A stretch of DNA of 59,520 nucleotides from positions 74,736 to 134,255 of the forward strand of contig CAYRES010000004.1 of NCBI GenBank assembly GCA_964423425.1, in the 5' to 3' direction. Positions within the stretch are counted from its first letter, which is position 1. Each line of letters starts with the position of its first letter. Origin of the DNA: an uncultured Gaiellales bacterium (GTDB lineage Bacteria > Actinomycetota > Thermoleophilia > RBG-16-64-13). Made by a program: the position numbers and the translations under genes. The notes beneath the pieces are model-generated. The model did not search any database. It was given only the letters and a program-made list of their open reading frames with translations, and had not been told where the DNA came from. Below are positions 1 to 8,211 of the stretch, piece by piece.

Positions 1-1137
1 GAGAAGATGGACGTCTTCGTCGAGGATCTCCTCAACTACGGGGAGTTCATGATGAGGGAGGCGATCTCCGAAATCCCGGATGGTGTGTACACGAGCGAGA
101 TAACCGGGAATGGGCAGTCGGTGCCTATCGTGTGCGAGTTGAGCATCAAGGGCGACGAGATGGTGGTGGATCTCACCAAGAGTGGTCCGCAAGTGCCTGC
201 CTACGTCAACAGCCCCATCGCCAACACCACGAGTTCGGTCTACATGTCCCTCATGACCTCGGTGGGCAAGCACATCGAGTACCGTTGCGGAGGCTGTTAC
301 CGTCCCATTCATCTGGAGACGAGACCGGGAACCATCACCCACGCCGAGTACCCGGCCGCCCACGGCAACTGCACCAACTTCGTCGCCAAGCAGATCATCG
401 AAGTCGTGTGGGACTCGCTCGCCCAAGCGGCTCCCGAGGTCACCCCGGCCGGTTGGGGTTCCATCAACTACTGGGTGTTCTCCGGACTGGATCCGCGGCG
501 GATGGAAGGCTACGGGAGTCCCGACTTCCTGGCCTGTGCAAGCGGAGCGGGTGCGATCTGGGGTGTCGACGGATGGTCCACGAATGGACCGACCATCTGT
601 AGCGGCACGCTCTACTACCCCGAGGTGGAAGTGGCCGAAGGCATCTATCCCATCATCTGGGACCGCTGGGAGTGGGCCACCGACTCAGGGGCGCCGGGCA
701 AGTGGAGAGGAGGCTTGGGCGTGCACAACGAATGGACCTGTGATTCCGATCCCCAGCCCATCCATCTTGCGTATGCCGCCGAGCCCTTCGACTACCGGGT
801 AGCTCCCGCGGTAGCGGGGGGTCTGCTGCCCAAGCCGAACTCGAAGACCCTCAAGTTTGCGGATGGAAGGCTCGAAAGCCAGGAGGAAGTCCGAGCCAGG
901 ATGCTCTATCAGCTTCGCACGGGGGACAAGGCCATCGACTACACGCAGGGCGGGGCCGGTGTCGGCAATCCGCTCGAGCGGCCGGCTGAACTCGTGTGGG
1001 AGGACGTCCGTGATGAACTCGTGTCCAGAGAGAGCGCACGGGACGATTACGGGGTGGTGATCGATCCGGAAACGGGGGAATTGGACATGGCAGCCACCGA
1101 GGGGCTCCGGGCAAGTAAAGCGGCCGAGAGCATGTAG
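1..1137 (+). CDS. Hydantoinase B/5-oxoprolinase family protein (5' truncated by window edge)
   Basis: ORF is open from the window start. It has C-terminal HyuB/OplB motifs (DSGAPGKWRGGLG, GGAGVGNPLERP..V..DV..ELVS...ARDDYGVVI) and clearly resembles the paralog at 19160-20929. Confidence 0.9.
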   Translation, partial: EKMDVFVEDLLNYGEFMMREAISEIPDGVYTSEITGNGQSVPIVCELSIKGDEMVVDLTKSGPQVPAYVNSPIANTTSSVYMSLMTSVGKHIEYRCGGCYRPIHLETRPGTITHAEYPAAHGNCTNFVAKQIIEVVWDSLAQAAPEVTPAGWGSINYWVFSGLDPRRMEGYGSPDFLACASGAGAIWGVDGWSTNGPTICSGTLYYPEVEVAEGIYPIIWDRWEWATDSGAPGKWRGGLGVHNEWTCDSDPQPIHLAYAAEPFDYRVAPAVAGGLLPKPNSKTLKFADGRLESQEEVRARMLYQLRTGDKAIDYTQGGAGVGNPLERPAELVWEDVRDELVSRESARDDYGVVIDPETGELDMAATEGLRASKAAESM

Positions 1138-1151
1138 ACAGTCCCGCTCCG

Positions 1152-1221
1152 GGCGTCGCCGCCGTGGTCGGCGGCGACGCCGCCACGGCTCCGGCCCGCT
1201 ACTCGGCAGTGGGCCGGAGCC
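1152..1221 (+). other. Two tandem GC-rich stem-loops in an intra-operon spacer
   Basis: GGCGTCGCCGCCG-tggt-CGGCGGCGACGCC (13-bp perfect stem, 1152-1181) and GGCTCCGGCCCGCT-N7-AGTGGGCCGGAGCC (1187-1221, one G-U pair). No U-tract follows. Confidence 0.6.
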
Positions 1222-1266
1222 CCCCCAAGCCGGCCGAGCGGACGCCGAGAGAGAGGAGCACACGGC

Positions 1267-2868
1267 ATGATCATCGGTGAGGCGTTTGCCCGTATTGTCG
1301 CCATCCACGGTGACAAGACGGCCCTGAAGGACATGTACGGCAAGTACTTTCCCGTAGGCTACAGCTTCACATACGAGGAACTCGACGTAGCAACGAATCG
1401 TCTCGCCAATCACTTCCTGGGAATGGGGCTTCGGCGCGGTGATAGGGTTTCTGTACAGACGGGCACCGGCACCGGCCATGTGCTTGCCCTTCTGGCTTTG
1501 GCCAAGGCGGGAATGGCGATAGCCCCTATAGATCGCACCTACACCGCCGAGGAAATCGTCTATCAGGCGACCGATGCCGGGTCCCGGGCCTTCATTGTTG
1601 ATGCCGACATCTATCGGGAACTGGTCGCGCCTTTGGTTGACAGGATGCCCGAGGTGAAGCACTTCATTGTCATCGGTGAGGAGATCTCGGGCACGGCACG
1701 TTTCGAGCAGCTCATTGCGGAGGGACGAAGTTCCACCCCCGAAGTCGTGGTCGAAGCGAAAGACCTGCTTACGCTCATATACACCAGCGGCACCACCGGC
1801 AGGGCGAAAGGTGTGCCGCTCACGCATCGGAACTGGTGGGCGAGCGCCTGCGCGTGGACCACGGAGATCGGCATCAGTCCACACTGGAATTGGCTGCTGG
1901 TGATGCCGGTTCACACCTCGGGCGGAACAGGGTTGAGTCTGGTTGCCTTACTGAGGGGTTGCACACTTATCATGAGCGATCCTGTGCCGGCGAAGATACT
2001 GGAGCTCATCGAAATGGAGAAGGTGAGCTTCACTCAGTTCAGCCCCACCCTTCTGGCCAATGTGATCCATCATGAGAACGCGGCAGTCACGGATTTCTCG
2101 AGTATCGAGCGCTGGTTCACCTCCGCTGCACCCATCTCGGCCGCCTTGCTGGCCGAGGGTGCATCGTTCTTGGGGGAAACGTTCTCGCAGCTCTACGGCA
2201 CCACCGAGACAGCACTGCTCGGCACGGTTCTCCGCCCGGAGGATGTGTCCGTCTCCGGCCCCACGGCCGATCGTCTCACGTCCGTGGGCCGGGCCTGCTG
2301 GGGCTACCGGACACTCGTTGTGGACGAAGAGGGCAACGAGGTTGGCCCGGGCGGCAGCGGTGAGCTGGCCATCGGCGGCGATGCGGTGGGCTCGGAGTAC
2401 TGGAATCGGCCCGATGCGGATGACTATCGCGATGGTTGGTGGTTCTCAGGCGACATCGTGCGGGTTGATGACGAAGGGTTCCTCTATGTGATCGATCGCA
2501 AGAAAGACATGATCCTCTCCGGTGGCACCAACATCTATCCGCGTGAAGTGGAGGACGTGCTGTCTGCGCATCCCGCCATCCACATCGTGGCCGTGGTCGG
2601 CGTGCCTGACGAGAAGTGGGGAGAGGCGGTCAAAGCAGTGGTGGTGCTGAGAGAGGGGGAGAAGGCCACCAGCGAGGAGATCATGGAATGGTGCCGGGAC
2701 AAGATGGCCTCGTACAAGAAGCCCAAGTCGGTTGATGTAATCGATATATCCGAGATGCCCCTCATGGGCGGGGGGTACAAGGTACTGCGTCGAGAGCTGC
2801 GGGACCGCTATCGCCGCCGTTTCGAGGAAGAGAAGAGGGCCGAAGTGGCCAGTTGGGGGGCGGTGTAG
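1267..2868 (+). CDS. AMP-forming acyl-CoA synthetase/ligase (class I adenylate-forming)
   Basis: YTSGTTGRAKG P-loop, YGTTE, SGD..R, DRKKDMILSGG and C-terminal catalytic Lys region. SD GAGGAG upstream. Confidence 0.92.
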   Translation: MIIGEAFARIVAIHGDKTALKDMYGKYFPVGYSFTYEELDVATNRLANHFLGMGLRRGDRVSVQTGTGTGHVLALLALAKAGMAIAPIDRTYTAEEIVYQATDAGSRAFIVDADIYRELVAPLVDRMPEVKHFIVIGEEISGTARFEQLIAEGRSSTPEVVVEAKDLLTLIYTSGTTGRAKGVPLTHRNWWASACAWTTEIGISPHWNWLLVMPVHTSGGTGLSLVALLRGCTLIMSDPVPAKILELIEMEKVSFTQFSPTLLANVIHHENAAVTDFSSIERWFTSAAPISAALLAEGASFLGETFSQLYGTTETALLGTVLRPEDVSVSGPTADRLTSVGRACWGYRTLVVDEEGNEVGPGGSGELAIGGDAVGSEYWNRPDADDYRDGWWFSGDIVRVDDEGFLYVIDRKKDMILSGGTNIYPREVEDVLSAHPAIHIVAVVGVPDEKWGEAVKAVVVLREGEKATSEEIMEWCRDKMASYKKPKSVDVIDISEMPLMGGGYKVLRRELRDRYRRRFEEEKRAEVASWGAV

Positions 2869-4437
2869 ATGAACGTGTTCGGCACGATGGAAGAGGTGAA
2901 GGAGAAGATGCGCAAGGCCAACCAGGAAGCGGAGCTTCCCGGACCGACCAAGGCGTATGCGCGCATGAAGGAACAGGGGCGGCTCAACGCACGGGAGCGC
3001 ATTGACGTGCTCCTCGATCCGGGCACCTTCGTGGAGCTCGGACGTCTCGCAGAGAGCACCATTCACGAGTTCGGCATGGACAAGAAGCGGCTCCCGGGGG
3101 ACGGCATCATCATCGGCCACGGCAAGATCGATGGCCGCATGGTGTGTGTGTACTCACAGGATTCGGCGGTGCTCGGTGGTTCGGTGGGGGTCTTCCACGG
3201 GCGGATGATGTGCGAGATCACGGATCTGGCCACCAAGACCGGGGTACCCATCATCAATCTCATGGACTCACCGGGCGCTCGTATCCAAGAGGCCATCGGG
3301 GAAGTCCAGGGTCCACCCGACATCTTCTACCGCAATGTGCGCGCCTCGGGTGTGGTGCCTCAGCTCTCCTTGGTGTTCGGGAATGTGGCCGGCCTTGTGA
3401 TCTACTCGGCGGCACTCACCGACTTCATCTTCATGGTGGAGGAGCAGTCGCACGCGTTGATCACGGGCCCCGAGGTCATCCGTACGATTTCTGGCGAAGA
3501 GATCACGATGGAGGACCTCGCGGGCGCGCGCGTGCATGCTGAGAAGACGGGCATAGCCGACTATGTGGGCAAAGACGACGTCGATCTTCTGCTGGCCGCC
3601 CGTAGATTCATCTCCTTCCTCCCCGGCAACAACCTGGAAGGCCCGCCCAAGGTAGATACGGGCGATTCACCGACCCGCCGCATGGATGAAGTGGACGGTA
3701 TCGTTCCCGTCGATCCAGGCTTGGCCTTCGATGTCCACGACGTGATCGACCTCTTCGTGGACAGCGGCGACTTCTTCGAGATCGAGCCCGACTTCGCCTC
3801 TGAGCTTGTCACCGGTTTCGGCCGCCTGGCGGGGAGCACTGTGGGGATCCTCGCGAACAACCCACTTCATCTGGCCGGCAGCCTCACGGTCGACTCTTCC
3901 GACAAGTTCGCCCGCTTCATGCGCTTCTGCGATGCCTTCAACATCCCCTGCATTCTCTTCGTGGACGTCCCGGGTTACTTTCCCGGCATCGACCAGGAGC
4001 ACAGGGGCATCATCAACCACGGCGCAAAGGTGCTCTACGCGCTGTGTGAGGCCACGGTGCCGAAGATCTCGGTGGTGATCCGCAAGTGCTACGGCGGGGG
4101 CATGCTGGCCATGGGGGGCCACAAGGCGCTCCGCATCGATCAGGCTTTCGGTTGGCCCACGGCGGAGCTTGCCACCATGGGCGCCGACGCGGCGGTGAAC
4201 GTTCTGTATCGAGAAGAACTCAAGAATGCTGCCGATCCGGATGCCCGGCGTAGTGAGCTTCTCGAGGAGTACCGGGAAGAGCACGCCAACCCGGTGCGGG
4301 CGGCCAACAAGAGATTCTTGGACGACGTCATCGACCCGGGGGAGACGCGGCTACGGGTGATCGCGGCTCTCGAACTTCTCTCGCGCAAGAAGGACGATCC
4401 GCCGCCCCAGAAGAAGCACGGGAACATCCCCCTCTAG
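2869..4437 (+). CDS. Acyl-CoA carboxylase carboxyltransferase (beta) subunit, PccB/MmdA-like
   Basis: ARERI..LLDPGTFVE, GARIQE, RFMRFCDAFNIP..FVDVPG, EATVPKI and C-terminal KKHGNIPL. Confidence 0.92.
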   Translation: MNVFGTMEEVKEKMRKANQEAELPGPTKAYARMKEQGRLNARERIDVLLDPGTFVELGRLAESTIHEFGMDKKRLPGDGIIIGHGKIDGRMVCVYSQDSAVLGGSVGVFHGRMMCEITDLATKTGVPIINLMDSPGARIQEAIGEVQGPPDIFYRNVRASGVVPQLSLVFGNVAGLVIYSAALTDFIFMVEEQSHALITGPEVIRTISGEEITMEDLAGARVHAEKTGIADYVGKDDVDLLLAARRFISFLPGNNLEGPPKVDTGDSPTRRMDEVDGIVPVDPGLAFDVHDVIDLFVDSGDFFEIEPDFASELVTGFGRLAGSTVGILANNPLHLAGSLTVDSSDKFARFMRFCDAFNIPCILFVDVPGYFPGIDQEHRGIINHGAKVLYALCEATVPKISVVIRKCYGGGMLAMGGHKALRIDQAFGWPTAELATMGADAAVNVLYREELKNAADPDARRSELLEEYREEHANPVRAANKRFLDDVIDPGETRLRVIAALELLSRKKDDPPPQKKHGNIPL

Positions 4438-4470
4438 GGGCTGTGGGGAGCAAAGGAAAGGAGGGGGTTC

Positions 4471-5973
4471 ATGTTCGAGAAGATACTCATTGCGAACCGA
4501 GGGGAGATCGCGCTCAGGGTGATGCGGGCCTGCAAGGAGATGGGTATCGCCACTGTGGCGGTGTACTCCGAGGCCGACCGGACGGCGCGGCATGTCCGCT
4601 ACGCCGACGAGGCCTATCTCATAGGGGGAGCCGTTTCCTCCGATAGCTACCTCAGGCAGGATCGCATCCTCGAGGTAGCCTGGAAGAGTGGCGCGGAGGC
4701 CGTCCACCCCGGGTATGGGTTCCTGGCGGAGAATCCGGACTTCGCCGAGGCCTGCGAGAAGGCGGGACTTGTCTTCATCGGCCCGCCGAGTGGGGCGATG
4801 CGCCAACTGGGCTCGAAGACGGAGGCGCGGCGCATCATGGTCGAGGCGGGTGTGCCCGTGATACCCGGTATGCAGCGGGGCTGCGACACCACAGAGGAAG
4901 GCTTGCGTGAGGCGGAACGCATCGGCTATCCGGTGATGCTGAAAGCCGCAGCGGGTGGTGGAGGCAAGGGAATGCGGGTGGTAGAGTCCGCTGAGGAGTT
5001 CGCCTCCGCCTTCGAGAATGCACGAGGAGAGGCCGCATCTGCATTCGGCGACCCCACCGTCTACGTGGAGAAGAAACTTGTCGGGCCCCGGCACATCGAA
5101 TTCCAGATACTGGCCGACCAGCACGGCAACTGCGTACACCTGAACGAGAGGGAGTGCTCCATCCAGCGTCGCCACCAGAAGTTGGTGGAAGAATCACCAT
5201 CCGCCATCATGACGCCGGAGTTGCGGGCCCGTATGGGAGAGGTTGCGGTCAAGGCAGCGCTGGCTGCCGGCTATACCAACGCAGGCACGGTGGAGTTCCT
5301 GGTCGATGCCGAGCGCAACTTCTACTTCCTGGAAGTGAACGCCCGCCTGCAGGTGGAGCACCCGGTTACGGAGATGGTCACCGGCATTGACTTGGTCAAA
5401 GAGCAGTTTCGGATCTCTGCGGGTGAGAAGCTGGCCATCGGCCAAGATGACATTCGACTCTTCGGCTCGGCGATAGAGTGCCGCATCTGCGCCGAGGATC
5501 CGTACGAAGACTTCTTCCCCAGTTCGGGCGTGGTGGAGCTTCTCATCGAGCCGGCCGGTCCCGGAGTACGGTTGGAGAGCGGCCTCAGGGAGGGCCAGGA
5601 AGTCTCCCTCTATTACGATCCCTTGGTGGCCAAGCTCATTTGTTGGGCGGGCACGCGGGGAGAGGCCATCACCCGCATGCGAAGGGCACTCGGTGAGTAT
5701 GAAGTGTACGGCATCAAGACCACCATTCCCTTCCACAAGCGGGTGATGGAGGACGTGAACTTCCGCCTCGGCGATTTCGACACCACCTACGTCGACCAGA
5801 ATCGGCTTGACGACGTACCGAAGCGGGCCGGGAGCGACGAGATCGCGGCGGCGGTGGCGACGCTGTTTGCTGATGCGGAGAAGTCCAAACCCCAGGTCGG
5901 GTCAGGCCGAGACTCCGATCTTCAAGGTGATCCCTGGAATGCGTACGCCATTGCGGCTCTCATGCGGAGGTGA
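4471..5973 (+). CDS. Biotin carboxylase subunit (AccC/PccA-type)
   Basis: KILIANRGEIA, HPGYGFLAEN, GGGGKGMR, ERECSIQRRHQK and FLEVNARLQVEHPVTE. SD AGGAGG upstream. Confidence 0.95.
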   Translation: MFEKILIANRGEIALRVMRACKEMGIATVAVYSEADRTARHVRYADEAYLIGGAVSSDSYLRQDRILEVAWKSGAEAVHPGYGFLAENPDFAEACEKAGLVFIGPPSGAMRQLGSKTEARRIMVEAGVPVIPGMQRGCDTTEEGLREAERIGYPVMLKAAAGGGGKGMRVVESAEEFASAFENARGEAASAFGDPTVYVEKKLVGPRHIEFQILADQHGNCVHLNERECSIQRRHQKLVEESPSAIMTPELRARMGEVAVKAALAAGYTNAGTVEFLVDAERNFYFLEVNARLQVEHPVTEMVTGIDLVKEQFRISAGEKLAIGQDDIRLFGSAIECRICAEDPYEDFFPSSGVVELLIEPAGPGVRLESGLREGQEVSLYYDPLVAKLICWAGTRGEAITRMRRALGEYEVYGIKTTIPFHKRVMEDVNFRLGDFDTTYVDQNRLDDVPKRAGSDEIAAAVATLFADAEKSKPQVGSGRDSDLQGDPWNAYAIAALMRR

Positions 5974-5978
5974 GAGAG

Positions 5979-6506
5979 ATGGCACAAAGAGAGCGCGTCT
6001 ACACCGTGACGGTGGACGGCCGGGAATTTGCGGTCACGGTGAACGGACACAAAGAAGCCGCCCGTGTATCGCTCAATGGGGCGGATTATGTGAATGCAGA
6101 TCTGTTCGCACACGGACAGGTGAATCAGTTCTCGCTTCTCATGGGGAACAGTTCGTATGAGGGGCTCGTGGAGCCCATCGATGCCGGCTACAGAGTGTGG
6201 GTGGACGGAGAGCCCTTCGAAGTGGCAGTCCTTGAGCAGTGGATGAAGGAGTTCGCCGGAGGCAGATTGGCGGGCGCCAGTGGTGGATTGCCGACCAGCA
6301 TGAAGAGTCCCATGCCGGGGATGGTGGTGGGTGTGGCAGTCAATCCCGGTGACGAAGTCAAGAAGGGTCAGCCGCTCATCACTCTGGAAGCCATGAAAAT
6401 GCGGAACGACCTCAAGTCGCCGCGGGAAGGGGTTGTCAAGGCAGTCGTCGCTGCTGTCGGCAAGACAGTGGCGAAAGGTGACGTTCTTGTGGAGTTCGAA
6501 GCCTGA
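5979..6506 (+). CDS. Biotin carboxyl carrier protein
   Basis: SPMPG and the EAMKM biotinylation motif in the C-terminal domain. Start is ATG 5979 or the overlapping GTG 5970. Confidence 0.92.
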   Translation: MAQRERVYTVTVDGREFAVTVNGHKEAARVSLNGADYVNADLFAHGQVNQFSLLMGNSSYEGLVEPIDAGYRVWVDGEPFEVAVLEQWMKEFAGGRLAGASGGLPTSMKSPMPGMVVGVAVNPGDEVKKGQPLITLEAMKMRNDLKSPREGVVKAVVAAVGKTVAKGDVLVEFEA

Positions 6507-6758
6507 TGATTGCCCGGCCGTGCTTGTGTCGGAGGGGACTTGGGATCGCTGATGAGAGAGGGTAGGCAGTGCGGACTTGTGAGGCCTGGTTTAAACACGA
6601 CCTGAACTCACTGCAGCCTCCGGACGTTTCTCCATAGGCAGCTTGCGGCCTCTTCTCTCGGGGCTGCTGTACTGACCGTTCTTCCTACGAGTACTCGTAA
6701 GACCGTGCTGGGTCTCCACTCTCGACCAATGCGCCCTCAGTCAGGGGGTGGGCACATA

Positions 6759-8135
6759 GTGGACACAGTGATACGAAACGCTAGATTGGCGACAGTCGAA
6801 GGCGAGGTCCGTGAGGCCACTATCGGCATACGGGAGGGGACAATCGCCTGCGTCGTCTCATGCGAAGGAACAACGAGGCTGTCAAGAGGAGACATTCCCA
6901 AGAGTAGCCGCACAATTGATGCGTCCGGGAGATGGGTATTGCCCGGCCTGGTAGACTGCCATACGCACTTCGGGGCCTTCCTGCCGTTCGAAGAAGACTT
7001 GGTGACAGAGACGAGGGCTGCGGCTGTGGGTGGGGTCACGACTGTGTTCCATGTCATCTTGGAAGCCGGATCAATCCTTGCCCGTCTCCCGTACTACTTG
7101 GACGCGGTCCGCCGGCTCGCGGTGGTCGATATGCACTTCTGGGCTGCGTGCATGACGGAGGAGCACTTGTGCGAGATCCCCGCCCTGCGTCGACGCGGCA
7201 TCCGCGGCTTCAAGTTCTTCCTGTCGTACAAAGGGGATGAAATGGAAGACGTCGGCATCTACGGCATCGACTACGCGTACCTGCAGCGCGGTTTGGAGCA
7301 GGTGGCGGCATGCGATGGGGTGGCCGTGGTGCATGCAGAGAACTATGAACTCCTGCAATTGCACAAGCAACGGCAGGTGGGGCGCAATGACTTCGAGTCC
7401 TTCTGCCGGTCCCGTCCTTCCATATGCGAGGAAATCGATGCATATGCCGCATGCCGGATGGCTCAGGAAGCCGGCGCGGAGTTGTATCTGGTGCACATCG
7501 GCTCGGCCGACGTGGTCGATATCGTCCGTCGTTTTCGTCGACGCGGCGTCAGAGTGTATGTGGAGACAAGTCCTCGCTATCTTCTGATCGACGAGACCGG
7601 CACCGGCTTGGCAGAACCTGAACTGGCCCTGACTACTCCCAGCTACAAGCCTGCCGGGCATCGCGAACGTCTGTGGACGGCCGTCGGGGAGGGTGCCGTG
7701 GATACGGTCGCCACCGACAGCGCCGCGAACACCCTTGGAGAGAAGGTCGGTGCCGGCAGTGTCTGGCGAGCACAACCCAGCTGGCAAGAGATGCCGACCT
7801 CACTTGCATCCATGATGACGCACGGAGTGAATCAAGATCGCGTGACCATGTCACAGCTTACCGCTCTCATGTCGACAAACGCAGCCCGCATCTTCGGACT
7901 GTATCCGCGCAAGGGGTCGGTGGTTGAAGGGGCAGATGCAGATCTGGTGATAGCTGACGACGAGGCCACGCGGACCGTGGAGCGCTGCGCGCACTCAGCG
8001 TGCGACTACACGCCCTACGAAGGTCGCTCACTTACGGGATGGCCGGTGCTCACCATGGTCCGGGGCAACGTGGTCATGGACGAAGGTGCGATTACCGAAG
8101 GACCCGGACTCGGCAGGGCGATCGGCGTGGAGTAG
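6759..8135 (+). CDS. Cyclic amidohydrolase (dihydropyrimidinase/allantoinase/D-hydantoinase family)
   Basis: PGLVDCHTH (HxH), AAAVGGVTT, FKFF (carbamylated Lys), VHAEN, VH, ATD and NAARIFGLYPRKG..GADADLV. Start trimmed to GTG 6759. Confidence 0.88.
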   Translation: MDTVIRNARLATVEGEVREATIGIREGTIACVVSCEGTTRLSRGDIPKSSRTIDASGRWVLPGLVDCHTHFGAFLPFEEDLVTETRAAAVGGVTTVFHVILEAGSILARLPYYLDAVRRLAVVDMHFWAACMTEEHLCEIPALRRRGIRGFKFFLSYKGDEMEDVGIYGIDYAYLQRGLEQVAACDGVAVVHAENYELLQLHKQRQVGRNDFESFCRSRPSICEEIDAYAACRMAQEAGAELYLVHIGSADVVDIVRRFRRRGVRVYVETSPRYLLIDETGTGLAEPELALTTPSYKPAGHRERLWTAVGEGAVDTVATDSAANTLGEKVGAGSVWRAQPSWQEMPTSLASMMTHGVNQDRVTMSQLTALMSTNAARIFGLYPRKGSVVEGADADLVIADDEATRTVERCAHSACDYTPYEGRSLTGWPVLTMVRGNVVMDEGAITEGPGLGRAIGVE

Positions 8136-8163
8136 ACAACTCCACGTGCGGGACCAAGCTGAG

Positions 8164-8208
8164 CCGGGGCGCCGCCGCGCCGGCTTGTAGAGCGCGGCGG
8201 CGCCCCGG
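8164..8208. terminator. Probable bidirectional terminator hairpin between convergent operons
   Basis: 17-bp perfect inverted repeat CCGGGGCGCCGCCGCGC-N11-GCGCGGCGGCGCCCCGG between the stops at 8135 (+) and 8212 (-). Confidence 0.7.
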
Positions 8209-8211
8209 GGA

